Assembly (NCBI RefSeq): GCF_035944815.1
Contig: NZ_DASZAU010000006.1
Span: 36,778-100,777, forward strand
Direction: 5' to 3'
Source: Sphingopyxis sp.
GTDB taxonomy: Bacteria; Pseudomonadota; Alphaproteobacteria; Sphingomonadales; Sphingomonadaceae
Length of the DNA: 64,000 nucleotides
Shown: positions 27,518-37,784 of the stretch, one piece after another
Layout of the letters: each line of letters starts with the position of its first letter
Numbering within the stretch: the first letter of the stretch is position 1
Made by a program: the position numbers and the translations under genes
The notes under the pieces: generated by a model
What the model saw: the letters and a program-made list of their open reading frames with translations, nothing else
What the model was told of the DNA's origin: nothing
Databases searched by the model: none

Positions 27518-28405
27518 TCAGGTTTCGGAGACGAGCGGGCTGACCTTGCCGGCAAGCTGTTTGCGGCCCTTGGTGGTCGCCTCGGTGTAGGTGGTCGGCT
27601 TGCCGAGCTGGCCGGGGGTCGCCCCGGCAAAACGCTTGATCTCGCGGATCAGGTGCGACTGATCGTAAAAGGCGTCGCCAAGCTGTGCCGCATCTAGCCC
27701 TTCGCCGCGTGCGAGCGCCGAGGCGGCGCGCACCGCGCGATATTTGCGCGCGAGCATCCGCGGCGAGAGCCCGTAATAATGCTTGGTCATGCGCTCGACC
27801 GAGCGGATCGACATGCCGGTCGCCTCGACCAGCTCGGGCACCTGCGGCGATGGCGATTCGGTCAGCCAGCCGTCGACGGTACGGATGAACCACATCGGTG
27901 CGGGCTCGTTGCGTTTCAGCACTTCGCGCGCGAAATTATTGCCGATGACCAGCTTTTCTTCGACGGTCGCGGCCTTTTCCAGCGCGATCGCGACCTCGTT
28001 GATCCACGGGCCGAACAGGTCGGCGGCGTCCATCGCGCGGTCGGTCAGCTTGTCGGCGTCGTCGCCCATCAGCGTCGCCCAGCCCGCGGGCAGCATGCCG
28101 AAACCGAACAATTGCGCCGGACAGTTGCTGATCGCGCGAACGCGCGCGCTTGTCGGGCCGATGATGTTGGCGCGGCACACCGTCGAGCGATGGCCGTCCT
28201 CGAAAACATATTCGCCGTCGGCGTCGGTCACGAAACGGAATTGCGGGCGGTCGGCGCGCTCATATTCGTCGAAACGCGGCATGTTGAGTCGCGCGAAATA
28301 GAAGCTCGACACCATCTCCGCCAGATCGGGATCGGGCGGAAAATAATGTAGTTCGAACGGCGCATTGCCGTCCACGCCAGCCGGCGAGGAAGATGGTTGC
28401 GACAT
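27518..28405 (-). CDS. AraC-family transcriptional regulator
   Basis: 295 aa with a C-terminal AraC HTH (SIRSVERMTKHYYGLSPRMLARKYR ... GDAFYDQSHLIREIKRFAGATPGQL). Confidence 0.85.
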   Translation of the reverse strand: MSQPSSSPAGVDGNAPFELHYFPPDPDLAEMVSSFYFARLNMPRFDEYERADRPQFRFVTDADGEYVFEDGHRSTVCRANIIGPTSARVRAISNCPAQLFGFGMLPAGWATLMGDDADKLTDRAMDAADLFGPWINEVAIALEKAATVEEKLVIGNNFAREVLKRNEPAPMWFIRTVDGWLTESPSPQVPELVEATGMSIRSVERMTKHYYGLSPRMLARKYRAVRAASALARGEGLDAAQLGDAFYDQSHLIREIKRFAGATPGQLGKPTTYTEATTKGRKQLAGKVSPLVSET

Positions 28406-28500
28406 GAGACCCAGACCCCAACAGCCTTTTGCGGCTGCCTTCTTATGGGCCTGTCATTTGCCTTTCGGCGGCGTGCGTCAAGCCGTAATCGTCAATTTGC

Positions 28501-30321
28501 TTAACCCTTTTGCGCCGCGATCCACGCATCGACGCGGCGTTCCAATATGTCGAGCGGCACCGGGCCCGTTTCGAGCACGACGTCGTGGAAGCTGCGGAAA
28601 TCGAATTTATCGCCGAGCGCGGCCTGCGCGCGGCCGCGCAATTCCATGATCTTGAGCTTGCCGATCAGATAGGCGGTCGCCTGTCCGGGATAGACCACAT
28701 AGCGCTCGATCGCCTTTTCGATGTCGCCCTGCGGGTTCGGCGTATTGTCCTTGAGATACTGGATCGCCTGTTCGCGGGTCCAGCGCTTGTCGTGGATGCC
28801 CGTGTCGACGACGAGGCGGCACGCGCGCCAGAGTTCCATGCCGAGCCGTCCGAAATCGCTGTAGGGGTCGGTATAGAAGCCCATGTCCTTGCCAAGTTCC
28901 TCGGTATAGAGGCCCCAGCCTTCGGTATAGGCGGTGAAGCCGCCGAAGCGGCGGAAGGGCGGCAAGCCGGTGAGCTCGGTCTGCACCGCGCGCTGGAGGT
29001 GATGCCCCGGGACGCCCTCGTGATAGGCGAGCGCCTCGAGTTCGGTCTTCGACATGTCCCTGAGGTCGTAGAGATTCACATAATAGATGCCGGGGCGCGA
29101 CCCGTCGGGCGAGGGCGAAGAGTAAAAGGCCTTGCCCGCCGATTTCTCACGGAACGCCTCGACCGCCTTCACCTGCAACGCGGCCTTGGGCAGCGTGTTG
29201 AAGAAGGCGGGCAGGCGTGCCTCCATCGCCTTCACCTTCGCATCGACGTCGGCGAGATAGGCAGCGCGGGTGGTATAATAATATTGCGGGCCGGAGCGCA
29301 GGTGCGCGAAAAACTGCTGCAGCGTGCCCTTGAAACCGACCTTTGCCATGATCGCCTTCATCTCGCCATGGATGCGCGCGACTTCGGCGAGGCCGAGGTC
29401 GTGGATCTGGGCCGCGGTCATGTCGGTCGTCGTATAATTGGCGAGCAGCGCTTCATAATAGGCCTTGCCGTCGGGCAGGCGCCAGACGCCGTCCTGCGTC
29501 GGCGCAGTCGCCTGCTGGCGCTTCATTTCGGTCAGCAGGCGGCCATAGGCGGGGCCGGCGCTCTCGGCCCAGGCGGCTTTCGCGGCCGCGATCAGCCGCG
29601 CCTTTTCGGCCGGGTCGACGTCGAGCTTGCCGACCTTGGCGACGATATCCTCGACCACGGCATTGTCGGGCCCCTGAAGGTTTCCGATGTCGGAGATCAG
29701 ATAGGGATAGACCCACTTCGGCGGCTGGATGCCTTTGCGCGCGCGCTCCGCGGACTGCGCCGACAGCGCATCGAGGACGGGGCCGAGCCCGCGCATACGC
29801 TCGATATAGGCTTCGGCTTCGGCGACGTTGGCGACGCGGTGCATGTTGATCAGAAAGGCGGGCATCTGGCTCTGCGCGCCGTTCATCTGGTCGAAGATAT
29901 AGCCATGGTCGCGGAACGGGAACAGGCGTTCGGCACGCGCCGCCTGTGTGTTGAAGAGCTCGAACGAGAGGGCTTCGTCGGGGGTCAGTTTTGCGGGATC
30001 ATAGCTGCCGCGCATCGCGGCGGCGGTCGCCTGTTGCAGCTTGTGGCTCGCGACCGCGGTCTCGTCCGACACATCGTTCCACTTGCCGTAATCGCCGTCG
30101 CGAATCCCGCGGCGCGCCTTGGTCTCGGGCGAGAGCGACAATTGCGCCGCGTCATAATTGTCGAAGAATTGCCCGAGGTTCGCGCCGGCGGGCGCGGCTT
30201 CGGGCGCGGGCGCCGCCGCGACGGTGGCGGGGGCGTCCTGCACCGCGGCCGGGGCGCAACCGGCGGCGGCGAGAAGCACGAGGCCGGTCGACAGGCGAGC
30301 GAGGATGCGAAGGTGCGACAC
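28501..30321 (-). CDS. DUF885-family lipoprotein (metallopeptidase-like)
   Basis: Track ORF trimmed to GTG 30321 (RBS gggaga). Lipobox LLAAAGC and the DUF885 hallmark YHEGVPGHHLQ. Confidence 0.8.
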   Translation of the reverse strand: MSHLRILARLSTGLVLLAAAGCAPAAVQDAPATVAAAPAPEAAPAGANLGQFFDNYDAAQLSLSPETKARRGIRDGDYGKWNDVSDETAVASHKLQQATAAAMRGSYDPAKLTPDEALSFELFNTQAARAERLFPFRDHGYIFDQMNGAQSQMPAFLINMHRVANVAEAEAYIERMRGLGPVLDALSAQSAERARKGIQPPKWVYPYLISDIGNLQGPDNAVVEDIVAKVGKLDVDPAEKARLIAAAKAAWAESAGPAYGRLLTEMKRQQATAPTQDGVWRLPDGKAYYEALLANYTTTDMTAAQIHDLGLAEVARIHGEMKAIMAKVGFKGTLQQFFAHLRSGPQYYYTTRAAYLADVDAKVKAMEARLPAFFNTLPKAALQVKAVEAFREKSAGKAFYSSPSPDGSRPGIYYVNLYDLRDMSKTELEALAYHEGVPGHHLQRAVQTELTGLPPFRRFGGFTAYTEGWGLYTEELGKDMGFYTDPYSDFGRLGMELWRACRLVVDTGIHDKRWTREQAIQYLKDNTPNPQGDIEKAIERYVVYPGQATAYLIGKLKIMELRGRAQAALGDKFDFRSFHDVVLETGPVPLDILERRVDAWIAAQKG

Positions 30322-30392
30322 GTTTTTCTCCCGGATTTTCCGATGGCTTTTGCCGATGGCGGGGGGCTTGCCATAGCGCCCCGGCGCGCGCA

Positions 30393-31475
30393 ATGGCGTG
30401 GGGCATGTCGCTCTTCGCCTCCCTGACCGACGCCGCCTATGCGCTCGTCCGCCCGATCGTCCACGCCACCGATGGCGAGGCGGCGCATAATCTGACGCTG
30501 AGCGCGCTCGAACCGCTGCCGCGCGCGCGCCACGCGCTGACCAGCCCGATCCTCGCGACCGAGCTGGCGGGCATAAGCTTTCCCAATCCCGTCGGACTCG
30601 CGCCCGGCTTCGACAAGGATGCGCGCGTCGCCGCGGTGATGCCGCGCTTCGGCTTCGGCTTCGTCGAGGTCGGGACGCTGACGCCGCTGCCGCAGGACGG
30701 CAATCCGCGTCCCCGCCTGTTCCGGCTGGTCGAGGATGGCGCGGTGATCAACCGCATGGGGTTCAACAATGGCGGGCAGGCGGCCGCGGCCGAACGGATC
30801 GCACGGCTGCGCGCGTGCGGGATCGCGGTGCCGCTGGGCATCAACATCGGCGCGAACAAGGACAGCGCCGACCGCATCGCCGATTATGCCAAGGGCACGG
30901 CGGCGATGGCGCCGCTCGCCGATTATCTGACGGTCAATATCAGTTCGCCCAACACGCCGGGCCTGCGCGCATTGCAGGACAAGGGCGCACTGGAAGCGTT
31001 GCTCGATGGCGTGGCCGCGGCGCAGCCGGCGGGGGCGGCCAAGCCCGTCTTCCTGAAGGTCGCGCCCGACCTCGAACCCGCCGACATCGACGATATCGTC
31101 GCGGTGGCGATCGACAAGGCGCTGGCGGCGGTGATCGTGTCGAACACGACGATCGTGCGTCCCGCGCTCGCGTCGCGCCACGCGGGCGAGGCTGGCGGCC
31201 TGTCGGGTGCGCCGCTTGCCGATCTCGCGCTCCAGCGGGTCCGCGATTTCCATGGTGCGAGCGGCGGCAAGGTGCCGTTGATCGCCGCGGGCGGGATCGC
31301 GTCGGCGACCCAAGCGTGGGAGCGCATCCGTGCAGGCGCCAGCCTGATCCAGATCTATTCGGCGATGGTCTATGCCGGGCCGGGTCTTGCCGCCCGGATC
31401 GCGCGCGGGCTGGAGGACCTTGCGGTCCGCGACGGCTTCACGCGCGTCGCCGATGCGGTGGGGACCGCGCACTGA
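30393..31475 (+). CDS. pyrD: dihydroorotate dehydrogenase (quinone), class 2
   Basis: FPNPVGLAPGFDKDA, GFVEVGTLTPLPQDGNPRPRLFRL, NISSPNTPGLRALQ. The start is ATG 30393 or 30405. Confidence 0.93.
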   Translation: MAWGMSLFASLTDAAYALVRPIVHATDGEAAHNLTLSALEPLPRARHALTSPILATELAGISFPNPVGLAPGFDKDARVAAVMPRFGFGFVEVGTLTPLPQDGNPRPRLFRLVEDGAVINRMGFNNGGQAAAAERIARLRACGIAVPLGINIGANKDSADRIADYAKGTAAMAPLADYLTVNISSPNTPGLRALQDKGALEALLDGVAAAQPAGAAKPVFLKVAPDLEPADIDDIVAVAIDKALAAVIVSNTTIVRPALASRHAGEAGGLSGAPLADLALQRVRDFHGASGGKVPLIAAGGIASATQAWERIRAGASLIQIYSAMVYAGPGLAARIARGLEDLAVRDGFTRVADAVGTAH

Positions 31476-31515
31476 CAGGGTTGCGCTGGCCCGAGGCGCG
31501 GGCCACAGTCGGCGC

Positions 31516-33207
31516 ATGTTGAAAAGATTCCTCCCGTTTGCCGCTGTCCTCGTCCTCACCCTGCCGGCGCCGGCATTTGCGCAGGGCGTCACTTCTTCGG
31601 CGGATTCGCGGGCGACCGAGGCAGGACGCGAGATATTGCATCAGGGCGGAACTGCCGCCGATGCCGCGGTCGCGATGGTCGCGGTGCTCACGCTGGTCGA
31701 ACCGCAATCGAGCGGGATCGGCGGCGGCGGCTTTATGGTCCATCACAATGCGGGCGACGGCAGCATTTCGACGATCGACGGCCGCGAAACCGCGCCGGCC
31801 GCGGCCAAGCCCGAGCGCTTCCTCGGCGCCGACGGAAAGCCGCGCGGCTATATGGAAGTCATTCCCGGCGGCCTGTCGGTCGGGGTCCCCGGTAATATGC
31901 GCCTGATGGAGATGGCGCACAAGAAATGGGGCAAGCTCGAATGGAAGGCGCTGTTCCAGCCCGCGATCAAGCTCGCCGAAGAAGGGTTCGAGGTCACCCC
32001 CGCGCTCTATAACTGGCTCGACCGGTTCCAGGGGATGTGGAAGGATTTCCCGGCCGCGCGTGCAATCTATTATGTCGACGGCAAGCCGGCCCCCGTGGGA
32101 ACGCGGCTGAAGAACCCGGCCTATGCCGCGCTGCTGCGCGATGTTGCCGCACGCGGACCCGAAGCGTTTTACAGTGGTGCCAATGCCCGCGCGATCGGCG
32201 AAGCGGTCGCGAAGGCGCCGCGCAATGCGACGACGCTGACGGCGAAGGACCTCGCTGCCTATAGGGCGAGGGAGCGCCCTGCGGTTTGCACCACCTATCG
32301 CATCTACAAGGTCTGCGGCATGGGGCCGCCCTCGTCGGGCGCGACCACCGTCTTCGGTATCCTCGGCATGGTCGAGGGCTGGGACATGAAGGCGATGGGC
32401 AAGGATAATCCGATGAGCTGGCACTTGCTCTCGGAAGCGATGCAGCTGTCCTACGCCGATCGCGCCGCCTATCTGGGCGATGGCGATTTCGTCGAGGTTC
32501 CGGTGCAGGGACTGCTCGACAAGGCCTATCTCGCCGAACGCCGCCAGCTCATTTCGCCCTATGGCGCGGCGGGCCGCTACGAACCCGGTACGCCGCCCGG
32601 CGCGAAGCCGCGCGCCGCCGCGCCGCCGGTCGAGGAACAGGGGACGACGCATTTCGTCGTCGCCGACCAGGCGGGCAATGTCGTGTCGATGACCTCGACC
32701 GTCGAGAGCATTTTCGGCAGCCAGCTGATCGCGAACGGCTATTTCCTCAACAACGAACTCACCGACTTCGACCTCGCGCCGACGAAGGACGGGGTGCCGA
32801 CCGCGAACCGGGTACAGGCGGGCAAGCGTCCTTTGTCATCGATGTCGCCGACGATCGTCTACGGCCCCGATGGCAAGGTCGTGCTTGCCGTCGGCTCGGC
32901 GGGTGGCAAGCGTATCATCATGCATGTGACGAAAGTGCTGGTTGGCGTGCTCGACTGGGGGCTGACCGCCAAGGAGGCGATGGAATTGCCCAATCTCTAT
33001 TTCGGCCAGTCGGGCGTGATCATAGAGGACAATGATGCGGGCAAGGCGATTGCCGCAAAGATGCAACCCTTTGGCTACAGCATCACGCCGACCGATCTCG
33101 GCTCGAAGCTCAACGCGATCGAGCGCGTCGGCGACGGCTGGCGCGGCGCAGCCGACCCGCGCGGTCCCGGCACCTCGGCCGTGGATGGCGCGCCGCCGCA
33201 GGGCTAA
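31516..33207 (+). CDS. ggt: gamma-glutamyltransferase
   Basis: Trimmed to ATG 31516 (signal peptide MLKRFLPFAAVLVLTLPAPAFA). SSGIGGGGFMV and the autoprocessing site QGTTHFVVAD. Confidence 0.93.
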   Translation: MLKRFLPFAAVLVLTLPAPAFAQGVTSSADSRATEAGREILHQGGTAADAAVAMVAVLTLVEPQSSGIGGGGFMVHHNAGDGSISTIDGRETAPAAAKPERFLGADGKPRGYMEVIPGGLSVGVPGNMRLMEMAHKKWGKLEWKALFQPAIKLAEEGFEVTPALYNWLDRFQGMWKDFPAARAIYYVDGKPAPVGTRLKNPAYAALLRDVAARGPEAFYSGANARAIGEAVAKAPRNATTLTAKDLAAYRARERPAVCTTYRIYKVCGMGPPSSGATTVFGILGMVEGWDMKAMGKDNPMSWHLLSEAMQLSYADRAAYLGDGDFVEVPVQGLLDKAYLAERRQLISPYGAAGRYEPGTPPGAKPRAAAPPVEEQGTTHFVVADQAGNVVSMTSTVESIFGSQLIANGYFLNNELTDFDLAPTKDGVPTANRVQAGKRPLSSMSPTIVYGPDGKVVLAVGSAGGKRIIMHVTKVLVGVLDWGLTAKEAMELPNLYFGQSGVIIEDNDAGKAIAAKMQPFGYSITPTDLGSKLNAIERVGDGWRGAADPRGPGTSAVDGAPPQG

Positions 33208-33260
33208 AGCGACGAACAACGATAAAAATATGCAGTGAACACTCCCTGGAGAGAGGCAGA

Positions 33261-35090
33261 ATGAAGCTCGTAAATCCCCATCTCGACCATTTTCCGAGTC
33301 TGGTCGCGATGTTCTTTGACCGCGCGGGGCGCGGCGGCGAAGATCCTTTCCTGTGGCGCAAGGCCGACCGGGCATGGCAACCGCTGAGCTGGCGGCAGGT
33401 CGCGAACCAGGTGTCGGCGCTCGCGCACGGCCTGCGCGAACTCGGCCTCAAGCCAGGCGACCGCGTGGTGCTGGTCAGCGAGAACCGGCCCGAATGGTGC
33501 ATCGCCGACCTCGGCATCATGGCCGCAGGCTGCATCACCGTGCCGACCTACACGACCAACACCGAACGCGATCATCAGCATATCCTCGACAACAGCGGCG
33601 CGAAGGCGGTGATCGTATCGACCGCCAAGCTTGCGCGCACACTGATGCCCGCCGTGATGCGCTCCGACGCGAATATCGTGATCAGCATGGAAAGCCTGCG
33701 CGTCGGCCAGCAGGGCGATGTCGCGGTCCACGACTGGGAGCCGCTCGTCACCGGCGGCGAAGCGTATCTGGAGGAAGCGAAGACGCGGGCCGCCGCGATG
33801 ACGCGCGAAGACACTGCCTGCCTCATCTACACCAGCGGCACCGGCGGCGCGCCGCGCGGGGTGATGCAGCATCATGGCGCGATCCTGCACAATGCGGCGG
33901 GCGCGGCCGAAGTGCTCGTCAATGATTTCGGCATCGGCGACGAGGAGGTGTTCCTGTCGTTCCTGCCGCTCAGCCATGCTTACGAACATTCGGGGGGCCA
34001 GTTCCTGCCGATCATGGTCGGCGCGCAAATCTATTATAGCGAGGGTCTCGAAAAGCTCGTCTCGAACATCGAGGAGACGCGCCCGACGATCATGGTCGTC
34101 GTGCCGCGCCTGTTCGAGGTGATCCGCGCGCGGATGATCAAGTCGGTCGAAAAGCAGGGCAAGCTTGCCAACTGGATGCTGCGGCAGGCGCTGCGCGTCG
34201 GCGAGAAGGATTATGAGCGCCGCATGGGCGTGCTCGACCGCCCAGTCGACCTGATCCTCGACAAATTGTTCCGGCCCAAGATCGGCAAGCGTTTCGGCGG
34301 CCGGATGAAGGCGCTGGTGTCGGGCGGCGCGCCGCTCAACCCGGAAATCGGCGTCTTTTTCCACTCGATCGGGCTGACGCTGCTGCAAGGCTATGGCCAG
34401 ACCGAGGCGGGGCCGGTGATCAGTTGCAATCGTCCGGGCGCGGGGATCAAGATGGACACCGTCGGCCCGCCGCTGATGAACACCGAGGTCCGCATCGCCG
34501 ACGATGGCGAAATCCTCGTGCGCGGCGAACTCGTCATGAAGGGCTATTGGCGCAACAAGGCCGAGACCGAGCGCGTGCTCGTCCCGAATCCGGCGGAGCC
34601 GGACAAGGGCCCGTGGCTCCACACCGGCGATATCGGGCATATCGACGACAAGGGCCGCATCGTCATCACCGACCGCAAGAAGGACCTGATCGTCAACGAC
34701 AAGGGCGACAATGTCTCGCCGCAGCGCGTCGAGGGCATGCTGACGCTCCAGCCCGAAATCCTGCAGGCGATGGTCTATGGCGACAAGCGTCCGCACCTTG
34801 TCGGGATCATCGTCCCCGATCCCGAATGGGCGGCCGAATGGGCCGAAGCCGAAGGGCTTCCCAAGGATATCAAGCTGCTGCGCGAGCATGAAAAATTCCG
34901 CGCGGCGCTGCGCGCGGCGATCGACCGCGTGAACGGCCAGCTTTCGGTGATTGAAAAGGTGCGCAAGTTCGACTTCGCCGACGAAGCCTTCACCATCGAG
35001 AATGAGCAGATGACGCCGTCGATGAAGATCCGGCGCCATATCCTGCGGCAGGTTTACGAGGACAAGATCGCGGCCCTCTACAAGGGCTGA
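33261..35090 (+). CDS. long-chain fatty-acid-CoA ligase (AMP-binding family)
   Basis: AMP-binding motif IYTSGTGGAPRGVM, QGYGQTEAG and TGDIGHIDDKGRIVITDRKKDLI. Confidence 0.9.
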   Translation: MKLVNPHLDHFPSLVAMFFDRAGRGGEDPFLWRKADRAWQPLSWRQVANQVSALAHGLRELGLKPGDRVVLVSENRPEWCIADLGIMAAGCITVPTYTTNTERDHQHILDNSGAKAVIVSTAKLARTLMPAVMRSDANIVISMESLRVGQQGDVAVHDWEPLVTGGEAYLEEAKTRAAAMTREDTACLIYTSGTGGAPRGVMQHHGAILHNAAGAAEVLVNDFGIGDEEVFLSFLPLSHAYEHSGGQFLPIMVGAQIYYSEGLEKLVSNIEETRPTIMVVVPRLFEVIRARMIKSVEKQGKLANWMLRQALRVGEKDYERRMGVLDRPVDLILDKLFRPKIGKRFGGRMKALVSGGAPLNPEIGVFFHSIGLTLLQGYGQTEAGPVISCNRPGAGIKMDTVGPPLMNTEVRIADDGEILVRGELVMKGYWRNKAETERVLVPNPAEPDKGPWLHTGDIGHIDDKGRIVITDRKKDLIVNDKGDNVSPQRVEGMLTLQPEILQAMVYGDKRPHLVGIIVPDPEWAAEWAEAEGLPKDIKLLREHEKFRAALRAAIDRVNGQLSVIEKVRKFDFADEAFTIENEQMTPSMKIRRHILRQVYEDKIAALYKG

Positions 35091-35098
35091 TCGTCATA

Positions 35099-35170
35099 GC
35101 AGGCGGGGGTGCGACCCGAAGAGCTCGGCGCAAACCGGACCCCGCCTGCGGCTGAACCCCTGGGTTCAGC
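35099..35170. terminator. pair of hairpins between convergent genes
   Basis: gcaggcggggg..accccgcctgc forms an 11-bp stem with 1 bulge and a long loop. It is followed by gctgaacc-cctg-ggttcagc, a perfect 8-bp stem with a tetraloop that overlaps the stop of the minus-strand gene. There are no clear U tails. Confidence 0.45.
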
Positions 35171-35612
35171 CCTTGTCCCCCGCCGGTTTGCGATAGGGGA
35201 CAAATTCGCCGAACACGCACGTCGGCCCACGAATACCGCTCGACCGGTCGACCAGATGGAAGAAATCGCCTTCGCAGGTCGACGATCCGAATTGCCGCAC
35301 GACCATGATGTCGCTGTCGCGGGCGAGGCCGGGGCAACTGCTCTTGAGGTCGTTGCGGTAAACGAGACTGCCGCCCGAACGATAGAGCAGGATGCTGTCC
35401 GACACGCGGATCGTGTCGGAGGCGCGATAATTGGGCAGGCATTTCATCGGTGCGCCGGGCACTTTGCCCGCGAGCTGCTTGTCGAGCCTTTCCATCTGCT
35501 TTGGCGTGAGCGCGGCGGCGCCGGGTTCGCTCGACCCCGCAGGCGTGCAGCTGACGACCAGCGGCGCGGCTGCGATCGACAGCGCGGCCCCCATCAGGTT
35601 CAGCTTGGCCAT
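35166..35612 (-). CDS. hypothetical lipoprotein
   Basis: 148 aa with signal peptide plus lipobox (MAKLNLMGAALSIAAAPLVVSC) and 4 further Cys. No family recognised. Confidence 0.6.
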   Translation of the reverse strand: MAKLNLMGAALSIAAAPLVVSCTPAGSSEPGAAALTPKQMERLDKQLAGKVPGAPMKCLPNYRASDTIRVSDSILLYRSGGSLVYRNDLKSSCPGLARDSDIMVVRQFGSSTCEGDFFHLVDRSSGIRGPTCVFGEFVPYRKPAGDKG

Positions 35613-35676
35613 GAAATTGCTCCTTGAGATTGTCGGGATAAGGGACGGCGTATGAATAGGCGCTGAAGCATCGGCG

Positions 35677-36405
35677 TCAGGCCGCGTCCTTCAATGCGCG
35701 GATGCGGCCCAGCTCGGCCGCGCTCGGCGCGCGGAGGAAGGGATTGGTCGCGCGTTCTTCGCCGATGCTCGTCGGCACAGTCGCCTCACCCGCAGCGCGC
35801 GCCGCCTCGACCGCCGCGAGACGCGTGGCCAGCGCTTGATTGTCGGGGTCGACGGTCACCGCGAAGCGCGCGTTCGACAGCGTATATTCGTGCGCGCAAT
35901 AGACGCGCGTCGCGTCGTCGAGCGTCGCGAGCTTCTGCATATTGGCGAACATCTGGTCCGCCGTGCCCTCGAACAACCGGCCGCAGCCCATCGCGAACAT
36001 CGTGTCGCCGACGAAGATCGCGGCGTCCGCCGCGAAATGATAGGCGATGTGCCCCGCGGTATGCGCGGGCACGTCCCATACGTCGGCCTGTATATTGCCG
36101 AGCCGGACCGTGTCGCCGCCCTTCACCTGGACGTCGAGCGTCGGAATGCGCGCAAATTCTGCGGCCGGGCCGGTGATCGTGCAGCCCGTCGCTTCCTTGA
36201 TCGCGGCATTGCCGCCGGTATGATCGGGGTGCCAGTGGGTGTTCCAGATATCGGTGATCGTCCAGCCGCGTTCCGCCGCCGCCGCCAGCACGGGATCGGC
36301 GACCGCCGGGTCGACCACCATCGTCGCCTTGCTGGCGGGTTCGTGCACCAGCCAGACATAATTGTCGCTGAGGACGGGGATGCGAATGATTTCCAGCGCG
36401 GTCAC
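35677..36405 (-). CDS. gloB: hydroxyacylglutathione hydrolase (glyoxalase II)
   Basis: Metallo-beta-lactamase motif THWHPDHTGGN, and CAHEYTLSNARFA. Track ORF trimmed to GTG 36405, which is preceded by aaggaga. Confidence 0.9.
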   Translation of the reverse strand: MTALEIIRIPVLSDNYVWLVHEPASKATMVVDPAVADPVLAAAAERGWTITDIWNTHWHPDHTGGNAAIKEATGCTITGPAAEFARIPTLDVQVKGGDTVRLGNIQADVWDVPAHTAGHIAYHFAADAAIFVGDTMFAMGCGRLFEGTADQMFANMQKLATLDDATRVYCAHEYTLSNARFAVTVDPDNQALATRLAAVEAARAAGEATVPTSIGEERATNPFLRAPSAAELGRIRALKDAA

Positions 36406-36472
36406 CTTGTCTCCTTTCCAGCGTCCAGCCCCTTCAAGACGGAGCGGGAGCCAGCGGGCCTTGGTCGCAGGG

Positions 36473-36880
36473 TCAACGCGCAAGGGCGTCATAGCCCTGT
36501 TCGTTGAACTCGATCAGGCAGAATCCGTTGCCGAAGGGATCGGCGAACATCGCCTGTCTGCCATAGGGCAGGTCCAATGTCTCGCCCTCCTGCACCGCGC
36601 CGGCCGCAATCGCCCGCCGGATCGCGGCGTCGAGGTCGTCGACCGAAAAGTCGGGGTGGACTGGCGTCCAGTGCCGATTGTAGCGGCGGAAATCGCCGCC
36701 GCCGGGGCCGATCGCGGAGCCCGCGGGCTTGACGATCAGGTAGAGGGGAACCTCGCAGCCGGTCAGTTCGACGATATCGTCGTCGAACCGCCGCGCGGCG
36801 GTCAGTCCCAGCGCATGGGTATAGAAGCGCTCGCCAGCGGCGAGGTCGGGCACGTCGATATTGATCAACAGGCCCGGCAT
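36473..36880 (-). CDS. VOC-family (glyoxalase/bleomycin-resistance fold) protein
   Basis: 135 aa with an N-terminal VOC beta-alpha-beta-beta-beta pattern (INIDVPDLAAGERFYTHALGL) and the C-terminal DPFGNGFCLIE. Confidence 0.75.
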   Translation of the reverse strand: MPGLLINIDVPDLAAGERFYTHALGLTAARRFDDDIVELTGCEVPLYLIVKPAGSAIGPGGGDFRRYNRHWTPVHPDFSVDDLDAAIRRAIAAGAVQEGETLDLPYGRQAMFADPFGNGFCLIEFNEQGYDALAR

Positions 36881-36890
36881 CGCGCGGCTC

Positions 36891-37328
36891 CTACCAGGCG
36901 CCGGTGTTGGGCATCGATGCCCAGGGTTCCTGCGGCGGAAGATGGCCTTCCTGCAGCAGCTCGACCGAAATGCCGTCGGGCGAACGCACGAACGCCATAT
37001 GGCCGTCGCGCGGCGGGCGGTTGATCGTGACGCCGGCGTCCATCAGCCGCTGGCACGTCGCATAGATATCGTCGACCCTGTAGGCGAGATGTCCGAAATT
37101 GCGGCCGCCGCCATATTCCTCGGGCGCGCTGCCGTCGGCGGGCGGCCAGTTATAGGTCAGTTCGACCTCGGCGACGTCGCCCTGTCCGGGGGCCGCCAGG
37201 AAGATAAGGGTGAAGCGGCCGCCCTCATTATCGAAACGGCGCGTTTCTTCGAGCCCGATCAGCTTGAAGAAGTCGACGGTCGCGTCGGGGTTCGACACGC
37301 GGATCATCGTGTGAAGATATTTGGTCAT
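36891..37328 (-). CDS. gloA: lactoylglutathione lyase (glyoxalase I)
   Basis: MTKYLHTMIRVSNPDATVDFFKLIGLEETRR...ELTYNW...FGHLAYRVDDIYATCQRLMDAGV is typical GloA. Confidence 0.88.
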   Translation of the reverse strand: MTKYLHTMIRVSNPDATVDFFKLIGLEETRRFDNEGGRFTLIFLAAPGQGDVAEVELTYNWPPADGSAPEEYGGGRNFGHLAYRVDDIYATCQRLMDAGVTINRPPRDGHMAFVRSPDGISVELLQEGHLPPQEPWASMPNTGAW

Positions 37329-37337
37329 CCGCCCATA

Positions 37338-37775
37338 TTAGGCGCGAAGGGACCGATCTTCAAACGCTTCGAACAGGAATAGGAATTCGTCGGGCACTGG
37401 AGCCGGCGCGCCCTGCGCCTCGGCAACATGGACGTTGATGAGCTGCCCGTCCGCACGCAGGTCGTCCTTGCCCGCGCCATGCAGTTCGAACAGGAAGGTC
37501 ATCGAACTTTTGCCGACGCGCGAAGCGCGCACGCAGATGTCGATTTCCTCGTCGAGCAGGATCGGCACCTTGTAATCGACCTCGGCGCGCGCGACGTGAA
37601 ATTCGGGGCTGTCGTTCGCGGACCAGCGATCGTAAACCCCCGCAGCGCGCCAATATTCGGTGATGCCGATATCGAAATATTCGAGGTAACGGCTGTTGAA
37701 CACCACCGCCTGCGCGTCGATCTCGGCATAGCGGACACGCTTTTTGACGCTGAATTTGAAATCGCTGCGAGCCAT
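37338..37775 (-). CDS. acyl-CoA thioesterase (4HBT/YbgC-like hotdog fold)
   Basis: VRYAEIDAQAVVFNSRYLEYFDIGITEYWR is the 4HBT-family N-terminal motif with the catalytic Asp. Confidence 0.8.
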   Translation of the reverse strand: MARSDFKFSVKKRVRYAEIDAQAVVFNSRYLEYFDIGITEYWRAAGVYDRWSANDSPEFHVARAEVDYKVPILLDEEIDICVRASRVGKSSMTFLFELHGAGKDDLRADGQLINVHVAEAQGAPAPVPDEFLFLFEAFEDRSLRA

Positions 37776-37784
37776 GATGATCCT

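Noticed and set aside
28510-30426. 638-aa plus-strand ORF
   Set aside because: It is antisense to the DUF885 lipoprotein gene, which has a lipobox and the HEGVPGHH hallmark. The translation is repetitive R/G/E/A-rich sequence.
33204-35039. 611-aa ORF on the minus strand spanning almost the whole fatty-acid-CoA ligase gene
   Set aside because: It is exactly antisense to a gene with unmistakable AMP-binding motifs. Its translation is Arg/His/Asp/Ala-rich low-information sequence with no recognisable domain or RBS. Long stop-free antisense frames are expected in high-GC DNA.
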